From Laetmonice hystrix (taxonomy: Eukaryota): 64,000 nt of DNA. The notes under the pieces were generated by a model. The model searched no databases and was not told the origin of the DNA. It saw nothing but the letters and a program-made list of their open reading frames with translations. The translations under genes and the position numbers were made by a program. The stretch is taken from the NCBI GenBank assembly GCA_965235115.1, contig OZ249436.1, positions 18,044,001 to 18,108,000 on the forward strand, written 5' to 3'. Below are positions 26,900 through 41,377 of this stretch, one piece after another (the stretch's first letter is position 1; each line of letters starts with the position of its first letter).

Positions 26900-27882
26900 T
26901 GTACCACACAGAGACGTGTACCACACAGAGATTTGTACCACACAGAGACGTGTAGCACACAGAGACTTGTACCACACAGAGACTTGTACCACACCGAGAC
27001 GTGTACCACACAGAGACGTGTAGCACACAGAGACTTGTACCACACCGAGACGTGTACCACACAGAGACTTGTACCACACCGAGACGTGTACCACACAGAG
27101 ACTTGTACCACGCAGAGACGTGTACCACACAGAGACGTGTACCACACAGAGACGTGTACCACACAGAGACGTGTACCACACAGAGACGTGTACCACACAG
27201 AGACTTGTACCACACAGAGACGTGTACCACACAGAGACTTGTACCACACAGAGACGTGTACCACACAGAGACTTGTACCACACAGAGACTTGTACCACAC
27301 AGAGACTTGTACCACACCGAGACGTGTACCACACAGAGACGTGTAGCACACAGAGACTTGTACCACACCGAGACGTGTACCACACAGAGACTTGTACCAC
27401 GCAGAGACGTGTACCACACAGAGACGTGTACCACACAGAGACTTGTACCACACACAGACGTGTACCACACAGAGACGTGTACCACACAGAGACGTGTACC
27501 ACACAGAGACGTGTACCACACAGAGACGTGTACCACACAGAGACGTGTACCACACAGAGACTTGTACCACACAGAGACTTGTACCACACAGAGACGTGTA
27601 CCACACAGAGACGTGTACCACACAGAGACGTGTACCACACAGAGACGTGTACCACACAGAGACGTGTACCACACAGAGACGTGTAGCACACAGAGACTTG
27701 TACCACACAGAGACTTGTACCACACAGAGACCTGTACCACACAGAGACGTGTACCACACAGAGACGTGTACCACACAGAGACTTGTACCACACAGAGACG
27801 TGTACCACACAGAGACTTGTACCACACAGAGACGTGTACCACACAGAGACGTGTACCACACAGAGACTTGTACCACACAGAG
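26900..27882. repeat. 17-bp minisatellite, ~58 copies
   Basis: Unit GTACCACACAGAGAC(G/T)T. It explains the repetitive ORFs in all frames. Confidence 0.98.
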
Positions 27883-30016
27883 TCTACTCATGAATTCTAT
27901 CACCGACAACCCCACTAGACTATCCGATATTATTTCACAGATTCCCTCCAATGGGCCAGTAGTTAAGTGATTACAGTGTTAGCAATTCAATAAAACGAAC
28001 TAAATGTCATTTGAACATGCTAGAAGCCAATAAACCACGTGACTAACTGTGCAGCGGGTGTCACTGTGCGGAACACGTGGCCGTTAAAATGCGGCACACA
28101 CGTGACAATAACCGCTCCATACCGACACTGCCAACGGACCGCCCCAAAAAACATATCCTAAAAAACAACATGGCTGCCAGCATTTGATTGGCCCAACAAC
28201 AATCATCATTCCAATTACTGTCACAGACTCCATGTGACGTGCCACAAAAATCAGACTGATAAAATTAGAAACACAGGGATGTTAATTCTCCCACTGCTTT
28301 CATTTCTTGTAATTACAGTCATTCATCTAGATTTGAAATTGGCGTTTAAGACCCCCTGGACCAAAACCCAAATCCACTCCAACTGGCGTTATCGACAAGA
28401 CGACTGAAAGTCAGGAATCCAACACTGTGACTTGAGAGACTTTGTGTACACGATCGCCCGAAGGGCACCATTTCCAGGCCAGTCGGAGGACGCTACCATC
28501 TTTTAACCAAGTTAGTTCTCATTACAATTCACTTACGTTAAGAAAGGTAATGTGGAATAATTTAACTGATTGAAATGTATTTCTTAAAACAAGAGCGTAT
28601 TGACCTCAGTTGTTGCTCGACTATCAATTCTTACTTCTTTGGGTTGAAGGAGGCAGATGAGAACGGTGAATCAGTTTTGAGAAAACATGCATAAATCATC
28701 TTCAGCTGTAGATGATTCCTATGATTTATCTTCAAGATTCTTATTTTATTGAAATTAATAGCTACACTTAACCTCTCTTCCTTCATACGAGTGTGAATCC
28801 AACCTGATAAATCTGACCTTCCACATTGACCTCTAGCCTCTCAAATTTGAGGACCTAATTGAAACTGTGTAGCAATCAACAACAATTTGTGCGGCAAGCT
28901 CTGGTATTAATTATATTACCTTTTTGCCATTATTATCTGAATTCCTCTCATTATCCGAGCGATGGAAAATGTTGCGGGATCAATGTGCCCAGGACACCAT
29001 CACCTCAGGTCTGCCCCCTGGTGGATGATGCTAGCAACAGTAAACAACAGCCCCATACACCACACAAATTACAATAAGACACAAATAGTGAAAACCACAT
29101 CATGCACCGGGAATGCCACCACAATGTACAGCCAGCTAATCACATTAATGACAGAGATGAAACTGTATTTTGTAATGGGAGTACTGTAATAAATACTATG
29201 GGTGTCCCTTGGTCCTACCCTAATGGTTCACTCAACGAGTTTCAGCTGCGCCTCGGCAAAGGCTTTTAGCGCTTAAATGAACGGACAAATCACTTGCATT
29301 TTTAACTGCAAACAATCATTGGCATGATGGTGATATTGTTATTCACTTTAAATGGAGAAAACAAAAAGAAAAAGAAAAAAGAGAGAGAGAAAAAGAGAGG
29401 GAAAGTCGTTTCCGATATACTGATGTCATTGTGTTGTGTTCGGCAGAACGAGTTGTAATCATGCTCATAGCCACTGTATATTAAGAGGTGCTCGCGATAT
29501 ACATTACAATGATAATGATTTGTGAAAACCCTTGTGACTCTGACACGTTTTGAGTTACAGTGACGGTAAGTGATAAAACAGCAGTAGTAATATCATTATC
29601 CCGGCCCGCCAGTCCGATAAAGCCGCCCTAATCTCCTGTGTTAATCAGTCAATTAAACATTAATCCACGCGTTCCGTCGCCCCCCCCCCCCCCAGTTAAT
29701 GGGGGTGGTGCCCCCTCTGAGAAATATATTCAAGCCTTCCACGATGGCGGGTGTAATTCACACCACGGACATTCGTCGGCCCCACCCACTTATGGTTGGA
29801 ATGGGGAACATCATGAAAATGGTGAAACAGGCGTTCAACAAGACAAATCGGCTGCGGAATGGGGTTCAGCCCCCCTCCCCCTTTCACCTCAATTAAAAAG
29901 TCGTCCATATATGGTATAACCGCCAATAGGCGCATGCGCTCTGAGTGTTTGACCTTGGAAGCTGAAGGTTATCACCATGGTAACAGTGTCACGATGTTGA
30001 GAGTAGGCGTTTTAGT

Positions 30017-31200
30017 TAAGGATAGGGATAGGATAACCGGGCAGGGAATAGTGAAAGACATTTAGTTAGGGATAGGGATAGGGATAACTGAGGCTGGGAA
30101 TAGTGATAGACATTTAGTTAGGGATAGAGATAGGGATAACTGAGGCAGGGAATAGTGATAGATATTTATTTCAGGATAGGGATAGGGATAACTGAGGCTG
30201 GGAATAGTGATAGACATTTAGTTAGGGATAGGGATAGGGATAACTGAGGCAGGGAATAGTGAAAGACATTTAGTTAAAGATAGGGATAGGGATAACTGAG
30301 GCAGGGAATAGTGATAGACATTTAGTTTAGGACAGGGATAGGGGTAACTGAGGCTGGGAATAGTGATAGACATTTAGTTTAGGATAGGGATAGGGATAAC
30401 TGAGGCTGGGAATAGTGATAGACATTTAGTTCAGGATAGGGATAGGGATAACTGAGGCAGGGAATAGTGATAGACATTTAGTTTAGGATAGGGATAGGGA
30501 TAACTGAGGCTGGGAATAGTGATAGACATTTAGTTTAGGACAGGGATAGGGGTAACTGAGGCTGGGAATAGTGATAAACATTTAGTTTAGGATAGGGATA
30601 GGGATAACTGAGGCTGGGAATAGTGATAGACATTTAGTTTAGGACAGGGATAGGGGTAACTGAGGCTGGGAATAGTGATAGACATTTAGTTTAGGATAGG
30701 GATAGGGATAACTGAGGCTGGGAATAGTGATAGACATTTAGTTCAGGATAGGGATAGGGATAACTGAGGCTGGGAATAGTGATAGACATTTAGTTTAGGA
30801 TAGGGATAGGGATAACTGAGGCTGGGAATAGTGATAGACATTTAGTTTAGGATAGGGATAGGGATAACTGAGGCTGGGAATAGTGAAAGACATTTAGTTC
30901 AGGATAGGGATAGGGATAACTGAGGCTGGGAATAGTGATAGACATTTAGTTCAGGATAGGGATAGGGATAACTGAGGCAGGGAATAGTGATAGACATTTA
31001 GTTCAGGATAGGGATAGGGATAACTGAGGCAGGGAATAGTGATAGACATTTAGTTTAGGATAGGGATAGGGATAACTGAGGCTGGGAATAGTGATAGACA
31101 TTTAGTTTAGGATAGGGATAGGGGTAACTGAGGCTGGGAATAGTGATAGACATTTAGTTTAGGATAGGGATAGGGATAACTGAGGCTGGGAATAGTGATA
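30017..31200. repeat. 52-bp minisatellite, ~22 copies
   Basis: Unit GGATAGGGATAGGGATAACTGAGGCWGGGAATAGTGATAGACATTTAGTTTA; GACATTTAG at 30421 and 30473. Confidence 0.98.
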
Positions 31201-31734
31201 AACACCCACAAATGTCGTGGAGACGGAACCACGGGAGTCTCGCAGAGGTCAAAGGGTCAAGGTAAAGCTATCCGAACTCGATGACTGGCGGGTGGTTCAC
31301 ACCCCAATGGTGATGGCGGACAGACCAAAAAAAAATTTCTTAGATAATGCTGAAACAGTATGGGGTGATGACACTGAGCTTTCCATCATTAAAAACATGA
31401 AATTTTCATCATTGTCTGCCCTGCGGAGCGTTCCTTGGCCGTCTATTACTTCCAGGAGATAGATTAAAGGCTCGTGAAGACTGCAACACTTCTCTTTACA
31501 TATTTAATGAAGTGTACTTAATTTTTTCAGCAGGCTGTCTCGCCCTTGTCTTTCACCTTAATCCATCTGCACTTGTCTGAAACAATGCGAGGAGAAAGCG
31601 CTTTAACCAGCACTGCCGCACCCATCCTAAGGCATCACCCGGCCTCAACCAAACCTGGAACACCATCAGGCTCAAACCAATCCTACAGCAGACCCAGCCA
31701 GCTTCATCCTTTGGACAGCAACCATCCGCAACCA

Positions 31735-32455
31735 GGTCACAACATTCAGCCGAATCGTACCATGGTCAGCCAAAGAAGTCACAACACATTCAGCCTAATC
31801 TTACCACGGTCAGACAAGGAAGTCACAACACATTCAGCCTAATCTTACCACGGTCAGACAAGGAAGTCACAACATTCAGCCTAATCTTACCACAGTCAGC
31901 CATGGAAGTCACAACATTCAGCCTAATCTTACCACAGTCAGCCATGGAAGTCACAACATTCAGCCGTATCGTACCACGGTCAGACAAGGAAGTCACAACA
32001 TTCAGCCTAATCTTACCACGGTCAGACAAGGAAGTCACAACATTCAGCCGTATCGTACCATGGTCAGACAAGGAAGTCACAACAGTCAGCCTAATCTTAC
32101 CACGGTCAGCCAAAGAAGTCACAACACATTCAGCCTAATCTTACCACGGTCAGACAAGGAAGTCACAACATTCAGCCTAATCTTACCACGGTCAGACAAG
32201 GAAGTCACAAAACATTCAGCCTAATCTTACCACGGTCAGACAAGGAAGTCACAACATCCAGCCTAATCTTACCACGGTCAGACAAGGAAGTCACAACATT
32301 CAGCCTAATCTAACCACGGTCAGACAAGGAAGTCACAACACATTCAGCCTAATCTTACCACGGTCAGACAAGGAAGTCACAACACATTCAGCCTAATCTT
32401 ACCACGGTCAGACAAGGAAGTCACAACATTCAGCCAAATCCTACCATGGTCAGCA
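31735..32455. repeat. 42/44-bp minisatellite, ~17 copies
   Basis: Unit TTCAGCCTAATCTTACCACGGTCAGACAAGGAAGTCACAACA(CA). Confidence 0.97.
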
Positions 32456-32529
32456 AATTAAGGAATTTCACACCCAGCTTAGCGGTTAGCTAATTAATGA
32501 TCCCAAATATCTTTATAAGGTCCCCTTAA

Positions 32530-33029
32530 AGGAATCATGGCACCCTGGTTGAGCGTTTCGGGAAGCCAGTTCGGCCTGGTTTCACGCTTACCTCGTCAAA
32601 ATCTATGCACCTTCTGTTCCGAGGATACTTTCTAGGTTTAATATACATAATGTATTGTAAACAGACAGCAGCGAAATGCACTGTCACCTTCACATTTCAC
32701 ATTTCTTGTCGAGAACACTCAAAAACAACGCTGCCTTCCGCCATCGGGAATGTCTGACCTGCAGGCATAACGTTGCAACGGGTGAGATGATCACGTGATT
32801 GCGCCTATAGTCTCGCGTTCTGTGAAAAGGGTGAAAAGTCGCTCGGCTAAAACTCTGTGTGTAGGTGGGCTGCAAGTCTCGAAAAAGACGCGCATCATTC
32901 CAAATTTGCTGGTTTTTAAATATTTTAAAAAGATATTCACGAAATCCAATCAGGCAAGTAGGCAGTGCTATGGAACATAATTACCAGACTATATACAAGC
33001 AGTATTTTCGCCAATTTGACATGAATCTT
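32530..33029 (+). mobile_element. Kolobok-like non-autonomous element, copy 1
   Basis: TTAA|AGGAATCATGGCAC at the left end. Colinear with the reverse complement of 60075-60573, with a short deletion near the right end, which finishes CATGAATCTT|TTAA. Confidence 0.75.
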
Positions 33030-36000
33030 TTAACATACCGGGGAACATTAAACCAAGGGTCTATACAGGGCTGCTTTAGTGGCAAAATCCTTGAATGATT
33101 GACCAAATATTACGTCGCGTCTTCAGCGCGCGCGTCCCGTTTGGTGGCGCTGTCTTCCGGCCGACCTCCCAGCGTTCTTGTTCGTGGCCTTGACCTTGAG
33201 GTCAGGATCGGATAGTGACAGCGGAAGAATCTGAGAACGGATCGGCAGAAAGACTATTCCCCACACCATCATCAATTTTTGTGGCACCGTTTTCCAGCCA
33301 TCTTGGTGATTCATTAAGTCCCACGGTTCTCATTGGCGGAACAATCTTTGCCTGCCATGCTGCTTGGATTGGCAGGAATGGAACAATGCGGATGGGACCT
33401 CCTCAAAGTAGGTCATTTGTATGGGCCAAAACAATCGTGATGGGCCAGCTGCCACAGTTTGGGCGGCATTGGATCCATTATCAAGTGGTTACTGTTTAGA
33501 TAGAGGTGTCTCCGGCATAAATGCCCAACTCAAGTGACCTATTTCTGGCAGCGTGAGAATATACTCCCCCTCGAAGTCTGGCAGTCGATCTATGCGCTGA
33601 CGGCCACAGCGGCTGGCGGGAGACGGGGGGGGATGAGACTCCCTTCCGTCTGTGGCCCGCACTGCCGGGGGTCATCGTGCTGGAGGTGTCCTTCGTTCAC
33701 TCACCCCCATCTACCACCCCCGAATAAACAGAGGACCACTTTTGTGCAAAAGGTAAAAAATAAATTCACAAAACCTTTTTTCTTGTTATAGGTTTCAGTG
33801 AGTATTTTATCCCCAAAACTCTAAAATAATAGCCTCGAGGGCCGAGTCCTGGTCCGATTGTTACCCCCCACCCCCACCCCACCCCACCCCAGCCCCCACC
33901 CCCACAACCCGCCAAAACAGATTGCTGGATCCACCAGGGTCTCCAAAATCGAGGATTTAAGAGTTGTTCAAAATGAACAATATTCAATCCTGTACCTCAC
34001 ACATATATCAGTGCTGAAGATACAACCCAGCGTGTTTTTGGTCATATCGACGTGGTTAACTGTGTATACAGAGAATATTCTTGTCACCATATCAGAATTT
34101 GCCAACCTGACCTCAATAAAATCATGTCATTGGAGTTCACTCCGCTTGGGGAGAGACTGAACAATGAGGTCATTATTCATCATAGCAAGACAAGCAGTAG
34201 ATCCGGCAATGCTGAGACATCCATCTCCACCTGGGTTCAATTCACGGTCGTGTTTCCCGATTGGTACCCGCGCTATTTTATAATTAACAACCCACATTTT
34301 CATGTCTTTTTCTTTTAACAAATAATTAGGAGAGAAAAGCTGTGAAAGACGAGGCGTTATCTCTTCCTGGTGCTGAAAGTAATGTGTACGGTAAGCTCTG
34401 CAGTCACCGAGGTTGGTCCAGCACGCCGCCTGACATGACAGCCCCTTGGCAGACACTCCTATCTTTACAGTTGAGTTGCCCTTCATTCTTGCCTTTCCAT
34501 GAGAACATATCGTCAAGCTGACAATTCTTCTAATCCCAGTCGGAACTAGTTCGTGCGCCTACCTCACAACTGCTGGACTGGTTCAGGCTCAACAAGAATA
34601 TTGTATATGTAGAGAGACAATATATCCTCTCAACTATCAATTATATCCTCTCAACTATCAATTATTGACCCTTGGTGGACTGGAGGTTCGGGTGTACAAG
34701 TAGCCTACGTAGTAAGCCTCAGCCAGTGAGGCTTACGACCACTCAATGTTAAAAATTGGTGTGTCACTGGCAGCGCAAATTCATGTACCGATCAACTCAC
34801 CGGCATCCATTTATCACGGGCAACGTCTTCTTTTAGTGGTTCGACAAGTATTTTAAGGATAAAACATCAAATTCCGAAGTGTCGTACAGCTGCGGCTTCC
34901 GTTGCCTGTTTATGTCCCAGCATGCATCTCTCTGACCTAGCAATGTCCCCTGGCCGCGATAGGCAGAGAGCGGAATTCGTCGATTCCAGACTTTGTGCTG
35001 CCCTTATTATGTCTCGTCGTGCTTTCCAAACTTGGAAATAAGTGAGATAAGTTACTTTAAGCGTGTTTTTCAATATCCAGTCCAGATATATGGGCAGGGG
35101 AGGGGTTTTTATTGTGGTTGGATGATTTGACGGAACACACCAGGAACTTGCACTAAGTGGCGTCCGTCTCTGTATACGGTAGTACAGAGACGGATACTCT
35201 GTCTAGTGTACAAGGTGCCCAGATGCCAGAACAGCTGTCATTTGTAGCTGACATCCAAAGGTTCTGGAATAAAAAAGAGGCGTGTTACCTTAACCTGACC
35301 TAGGAATAACTATAGAAAACAAAAGTTATCTATATGACACAGAAATACACCAATAAAATAATCACATTTCTGTTTAAAAAAACTCCATTAAATGGACACC
35401 ATCTATTTAGGTGTAAGCTGTAATGGAATGAGTATGACAGACGACATCCATATAGTCGGGGATCCACAGGCCCAAAAGCTCAATAAAATGGGTTGAACCT
35501 GACATGGCCTGCTATACTTTTTGTTTGTGTTTTTTCTATTAATTTGGACATTAAGGTCCACTGAATGAGAGGTCTGCTCTGCCGGAAACCTTGCGAAAAA
35601 AAATTGTGGCCATTTTTGTATATGAGCCCTTTGTTTTTTTAGCGAAAAATGTGAAAAATGTATTTTTCCTAAAAATCCTCAGTGGGTTGTGTAGGCTGTC
35701 AATAAATGCATCCCAGATACACAGAACACATGTGTTGACAACATCAAGTTAAAAAATACACTTACAAAACCTTTCCAAATGATTGAGCACCATTTTTATG
35801 CAAAAGCGCCCCTGATTTGTGTGCATTTTATTCATTATCTTCATCTTTACTTCATTATTAATCAACTACGCCCTAAGTTATGGCATGAGGCAATGTGCCA
35901 TTCTTTTCAACAAACATTATAGTCATTCCACAGTAAACATTATGAAAATCGAACCAAAATCAATGGACCTGTAATGATTTTATTAACCCTACCCCCATAC

Positions 36001-36154
36001 TGCAAATTGTGGCTGAAACGTCAACATTTTTTAATGTATTTGATTTGGCTTCTATTGCATTTTATAGGTGATCGACAGAGGTATCCTTGGAGTTTCCAGT
36101 AATTTTTCTACTTAATTACCGGTTGTTTCAGGGTAAAGGCAGGGAACAAAAGAT

Positions 36155-37187
36155 GTAAAGCGGGGTAATATGAGCACACGGGGAATATGAGCACCCTCCA
36201 GTACAGAAACCCAGAACCGCAGGGGGTAGGGCCCCCTGGTGTTTTTTTTGCAGCACTAACTAAGGCCGATAGCATACAAAAATTTCGTAGCCCTCGGTGG
36301 CACAGTTTGAAGAAAAGAGAAGATTAAATTTTAAGACCCATTTTCTTAACATTTTACACATATGTTTCATGTTCTGGTGCCTTCGCAAGACTACCCTGGT
36401 AGACACAAATTCATATTTTATTGGCAGTTCGATGTCTCTTGTCAGCGTTAAATAAACGATAGCAGGGCACGAGACATTGCATAATGTCAGACCTTGGGAG
36501 AAACACGACGAATACATGTGCGGGGAATATGAGCACACCTAGGGTGGGGCATTATGAGCATAGGGATTCCCATAATGAAGGGCCTGCAAGCCACCATAGA
36601 AATCCAGAATTTGTACCAAGGGGGGCCGAGCCCCCCGTCCCCTCTAAAACACCTCTGGATCATATTTTATTAATAAAATTAATGATCCCATGAAATATTA
36701 ATGTGTGTAATTTCTTGAGAATGAAACAATAATATCTTCATTTATTGGCATAGTAGCACGACTGGGGGTAATATGAGCATATGTTGATATAGGATTATTT
36801 CCTGACATTTTAAATATTGGTAACCAAACGTCATTTACCGACCACATTTGAACATGGGAATGATAACAGTTGTAGCCTAGACGATAACTTTGACGTCATC
36901 TTTTTTAATAAGTTTGTTAACATACCATTTCGATATCTATTTTTGCCATTTTGGGGTAATATGAGCATGTGCTCATATTACCCATCAGGACGGGGAATAT
37001 GACCATATTTGATTAAATTGTTTATTGCGATTTACTTAATTTTTTAATAGGACCTTAGTTATTTTATATCAGAAATACAGCCTATACTAGACTCTTGATG
37101 ATGAAATACTACATGAATGCATTGGGCAGTGTCAGCAGTTTTACCAGGTCGAAATTGTTAAGGTGCTCATATTGCCCCACCTTACCC
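36155..37187. mobile_element. Nested MITE with repeated AATATGAGCA subterminal motifs (possibly pogo/Tc1-mariner type)
   Basis: Left GTAAAGCGGGGTAATATGAGCAC matches the reverse complement of right GTGCTCATATTGCCCCACCTTACCC|TA. The motif recurs at ~36168, 36184, 36526, 36770 and 36958, and inverted at 36971 and 37164. The left terminal bases are missing. Confidence 0.7.
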
Positions 37188-37738
37188 TATCTTTGTGATA
37201 AACCCCTGTGTTTGTTCTGCAGGATTCGAGATGTTGCAATCATATATAGTGGTAAGGTAGATAAGAATCTGGCTTGCCCAGTTGGCTTGCCAATTTAATT
37301 AGGACTGGGGACATTATTTATATATATACCGGTATGATTTACTGCTGCAGTATTATGTTTTAATGTTACAGTATTATGTATGCTATCATGCATTACACAT
37401 TACAGTCCATAAGTTATTTTGTTCAGTGCAATGTTAATTTCATGTGATATTACAGACGTTGTTGCCAAGTAATTTTTTATTTTGTTATGTTCAGTTATTT
37501 TGTTCAAATAAAGTACAATTTTATCTTTTATTGACCCTGGTCACTAATCTATTCAAATATACCAGCTGTGTTACGATTGTTTTGTTTGCTTGTTACCTTG
37601 TGTACATTTTGAAATTATGAATTCATTTTGTTGTTTTGCATTTCTTGTGTTACTTGTATTTTCTTTGGGAGCATGGAGTTCTGTTAAAAATAAAAAGATG
37701 CCTTGGCCAGGATGTTTAATAAGATGGGCATACCATGA

Positions 37739-38001
37739 CACTGGCGGATCCAGGATTTCACTAAAGGGGGGGGGGGCACAGAAAAACAATTCATGATTGT
37801 TTGCATTACTAATTAAAGCTCATGCTCTTGAATTAGAGTTTTAGAGGTATAGGCCTACATAATAGCTCGGGGTTTCCCTGAGGTACACCGTCAGTGTTAA
37901 AATTAATTCAAAATAAGTAGGCTATAGCCGTGCATAGGCCTAATTAGTGAAGCTAAAGAGGGGGCACGTGCCCCCTGTGCCCCCCTCTGGATCCGCCTTT
38001 G
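37739..38001. mobile_element. hAT-like MITE nested in the Academ-like element, 5-bp flanking duplication
   Basis: CACTGGCGGATCCAG ... CTGGATCCGCCTTTG with G/C-run subterminal tracts; CATGA on both flanks. Confidence 0.75.
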
Positions 38002-40785
38002 CATGATGCTAAATATAAATATACGTTACATCTCTGGGAATCTCTGGGAGTAAGGGTAAGGGTAAGTCTTTTGGTCCCTGTCTTTAACCTGAAACATCTG
38101 GAAATTAAGTAGACAATAACTGGAAGCTCCAAGGATGCCTCTGTTAATAGCCTATAAAACACAATAGTAGTCAAATCAAATACATTGATGTCTCGGACAC
38201 AATTTGCAGTTTGGGGGGTAGGGTTAATGAAATCACCACAGATCCACTGATTTTGGTTTGATTTTCAAAATGTTTACTGTGGAATGACTATAATGTTTGC
38301 TGAAAAGAATAACACATTGCCTTATGTCATAACTTAGGATTTATATTTGATTACTAATGAAGTAAAGATGAAGATAATGAAAAAATGCCAAAAAATCAGG
38401 GGCGCTTTTGCATAAAAATTATGCTAAATCATTTGGAAAGGTTTTGTAAGTGTATTTTTTTAACTTGATGTTGTCAACACATGTGTTCTGTGTATCTGGG
38501 ATGCATTTATTGACAGCCTGCACAACCCACCATAGATTCTAAGAAAAAATACATATTTCACATTTTTCCCTAAAAAACAAAGGGCGCATATACAAAAATG
38601 GCCACAATTTTTTTTCGCAAGGTTTCCGGCAGAGCAGACCTCTCATTCAGTGGACCTTAATGACCAATTTAATAGAAAAAACACAAACAAAAAGTATAGC
38701 AAGCCATGTCAGGTCCTCTCAAATTTTGGGTGTCTGGATCCCCGACTAATACAACTGATATATATCCTACGTGTGCAACTATTAAATTATTATATATATT
38801 ATATAAAAATATAGAAATGAACAGAAAAGAAAGGTTAAACACGGGAATTTGCCAAAAGTAGTGAAAAATACTTCTACCTGTTCCATCTAGTGTTGGCAAA
38901 CGTATCACATATAAGACATTCATCTTATACCCTAAAGTATGTGTACAAATATATTCGTTTCCTGTGACTAATGACCCAAAAAACTAAACAACCCGGGTAA
39001 AATACGATCGTCTTTTTCAATTCAATGGGAAATATCCGATTTCGGCCGTAAATTTCGCAAGGAAATATACACAAAAAGAAGTAATTAGTAGCAGCATTCT
39101 ATAGTTAAGGACTCCAAGTATAATATTTTTGTTGTTGCTATTTTACCTTCACTTTAAAGATTATGATTAAGACAGTTGAACCTGAGTGCATTATATAATA
39201 CTCGCCATAGTTTAGGTGAGTAATGGAACTAACTAGGCTGCCCTAATCATCACAGGTCTACCCGAGAAACTAGAAGAAACAGTAGAGCAATATCTCAGAT
39301 CAGAGTGTCCCTTTAAATATACGGATGGTAGTCCATCAGTCCACTGTGGGAGATAATGGGCAGGGGACCGGGGGGAACTTTAGATGGAGGTTTCATGGTC
39401 TGGCTCTCCTTGGAGTCTGACAATATCCTGCAACCACTCGGAATACCATCAGTCGTCTGGAAACACAGGCATGTTTTATTAAGAAATGACTGAGGATCAC
39501 AAATAAAATATCCTTAAAAGGACGAGTGTCGACCGGAGAGGTATAATGAGGCACTTTTCATCAAAACGAGGCTCGGTCCTCTCAGAGCCTCGGGCTTTTG
39601 ATCATTGACAGCTCCCTGGGGACGTGATTCGCCGTGATCCCGGCAGAGGGAGCCACATGATATGATTCATTATCTGTAAGACTGATCATCGACCGCTCAG
39701 GAGCCACTTGATCTTGTTCTACAATCAGAAATCTGGCGGTCATCTATGGAGAACAGCTAGCTTATCCTAGCTGTCATATGAACGGCCGCCGACGTGCGTC
39801 AGACTGCCCGCTCTATCTCAGACATCGCCAACTTGAAAGAAAAGAGAGTGGCCATCTTTCTATGGGCATCTGAGCATTAAAAAGGTAAAAGACTGGCAGG
39901 ATGGATCTTGCGGGTTTCAGATACCCGTGATTACATGGCCTCAAGTAGAAGGGGGGGGGGGGTGACTGTGGTTTTCTTTGACATACGGGGAGATCTTAAT
40001 GTTGCAATTAATTATGACGCTACAATCTTTGTCCGTGATACCCGTGGGGCCTGCTCATGATATACACAGATCACCCAAAAACTACGCCCAACAATAAATG
40101 GTATGTGGGAGAAAGGGCCATCCACAATGGACCTTAGACCAAACTGCATTATGATAATATTACAACATTCATAACTCATTCACCCAATCACATTATACCA
40201 CCATTAGGACATACTGGAAGAATAAAATTCACAATGTGCATATAAGGTGAGATTAAACACGTAGCTGCATTACTACAAGTGAGTGTTCGGCAAGTTATTT
40301 CAGCTAAATACAATAATGAATCTCTACTGGCGGTGTGTTATGCAAAGGGGAAAAAATATGAATAAATAGACGCAAATAGATTGGCTACTTTATTGCAACT
40401 CTGCAAAATGTTATTTTTCTGAAAACAAATTAAAAGGAAAGTGTGTTATCAGCCTCATTACAAAGTTTGGTTTTCAATTAAAAAAGAATAGTTTGGCGTC
40501 AAATAGATGAATAGTCCATTTGGAGAGATGCGGCGGATGAAGCACATGGAGAGCGAGGCGTAATGCAGTTAGACGGAGCGTCCATGGGGGCTGCGGCAGT
40601 GTTGGACCAATCAGGTCAATGATTGATAACTCCCCTGACCATTCTACACACGTCACAATACAGCCTCGACTCGGAGCTGGGGCCTGCACCACACGGCGAC
40701 GTGACGTGATCACACGGGATGCCAGGCCAATACTCCTCACACCCAGCAAAACAACTCACATTCTCAAGAATCCCTGGTAGGCTTA

Positions 40786-40893
40786 CAGTGGGGGTCCATG
40801 CTTTTCATAAGGGGGCTGTACTAATGCTTCTTCATTAGTACAGAGGAAAATCTAAGGGGGACCGGGCCCCCTGGCCCCCTAGATCCCCACTGT
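40786..40893. mobile_element. Short degenerate hAT-like MITE remnant
   Basis: CAGTGGGG...CCCCACTG ends and a GGGCCCCCTGGCCCCC subterminal tract; no TSD visible. Confidence 0.4.
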
Positions 40894-41377
40894 TGTATGT
40901 AGGTTTCAAATAAATTTCGTTTCGAGAGAATATTGACAATGGAAGTGGTCCCTTGATGTGACCCCGTAAAATAACAACGTCAGCAACCAAATATTTACCA
41001 TCTGTTATTTTCTATATACACCCATGCGCAACAAATTTTAAGCCATTTACTCAGAATAGATCTATTAAGGTGCAAAATTTATTTCGAATGGCTGACACCC
41101 GATGACCTAAAATGGTCATTGAATTGGTGGCTTTAAAAAAAATATTATTTTATTTTACTGAACCAGGCCCGTAGCAAGGGTGCACAGGGTACATATGCCA
41201 CTCCCAACCCAACCCAACCCAAGCTTCTCCTAACTTTAAAAAAATGCAAAAACCCTGCACATCTCCATCCTATGCCTCCCTAACTTGAAATCCCTTGCCC
41301 CAAAGAAAAAAAGGATCCTGTCAGTAGTATATGGCACGCCGGTCGAACAGTCGCCTGCTCCCATTCATGCGTAAGTT

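Larger units (their letters stand above)
35453..38748. mobile_element. Academ-like non-autonomous DNA transposon with ~700-bp TIRs
   Basis: 35453-36153 is an imperfect inverted copy of 38067-38748; termini TAGTCGGGGATCCA...TGGATCCCCGACTA; 3-bp flanking duplication ATA (35450-35452 and 38749-38751). TAG..CTA ends, a 3-4 bp TSD and long TIRs are Academ characteristics. No transposase ORF is present. Confidence 0.8.

Noticed and set aside
26707..27970. Multiple 140-410 aa ORFs on both strands
   Set aside because: These are products of a stop-poor 17-bp repeat; the same peptide cycles through all frames.
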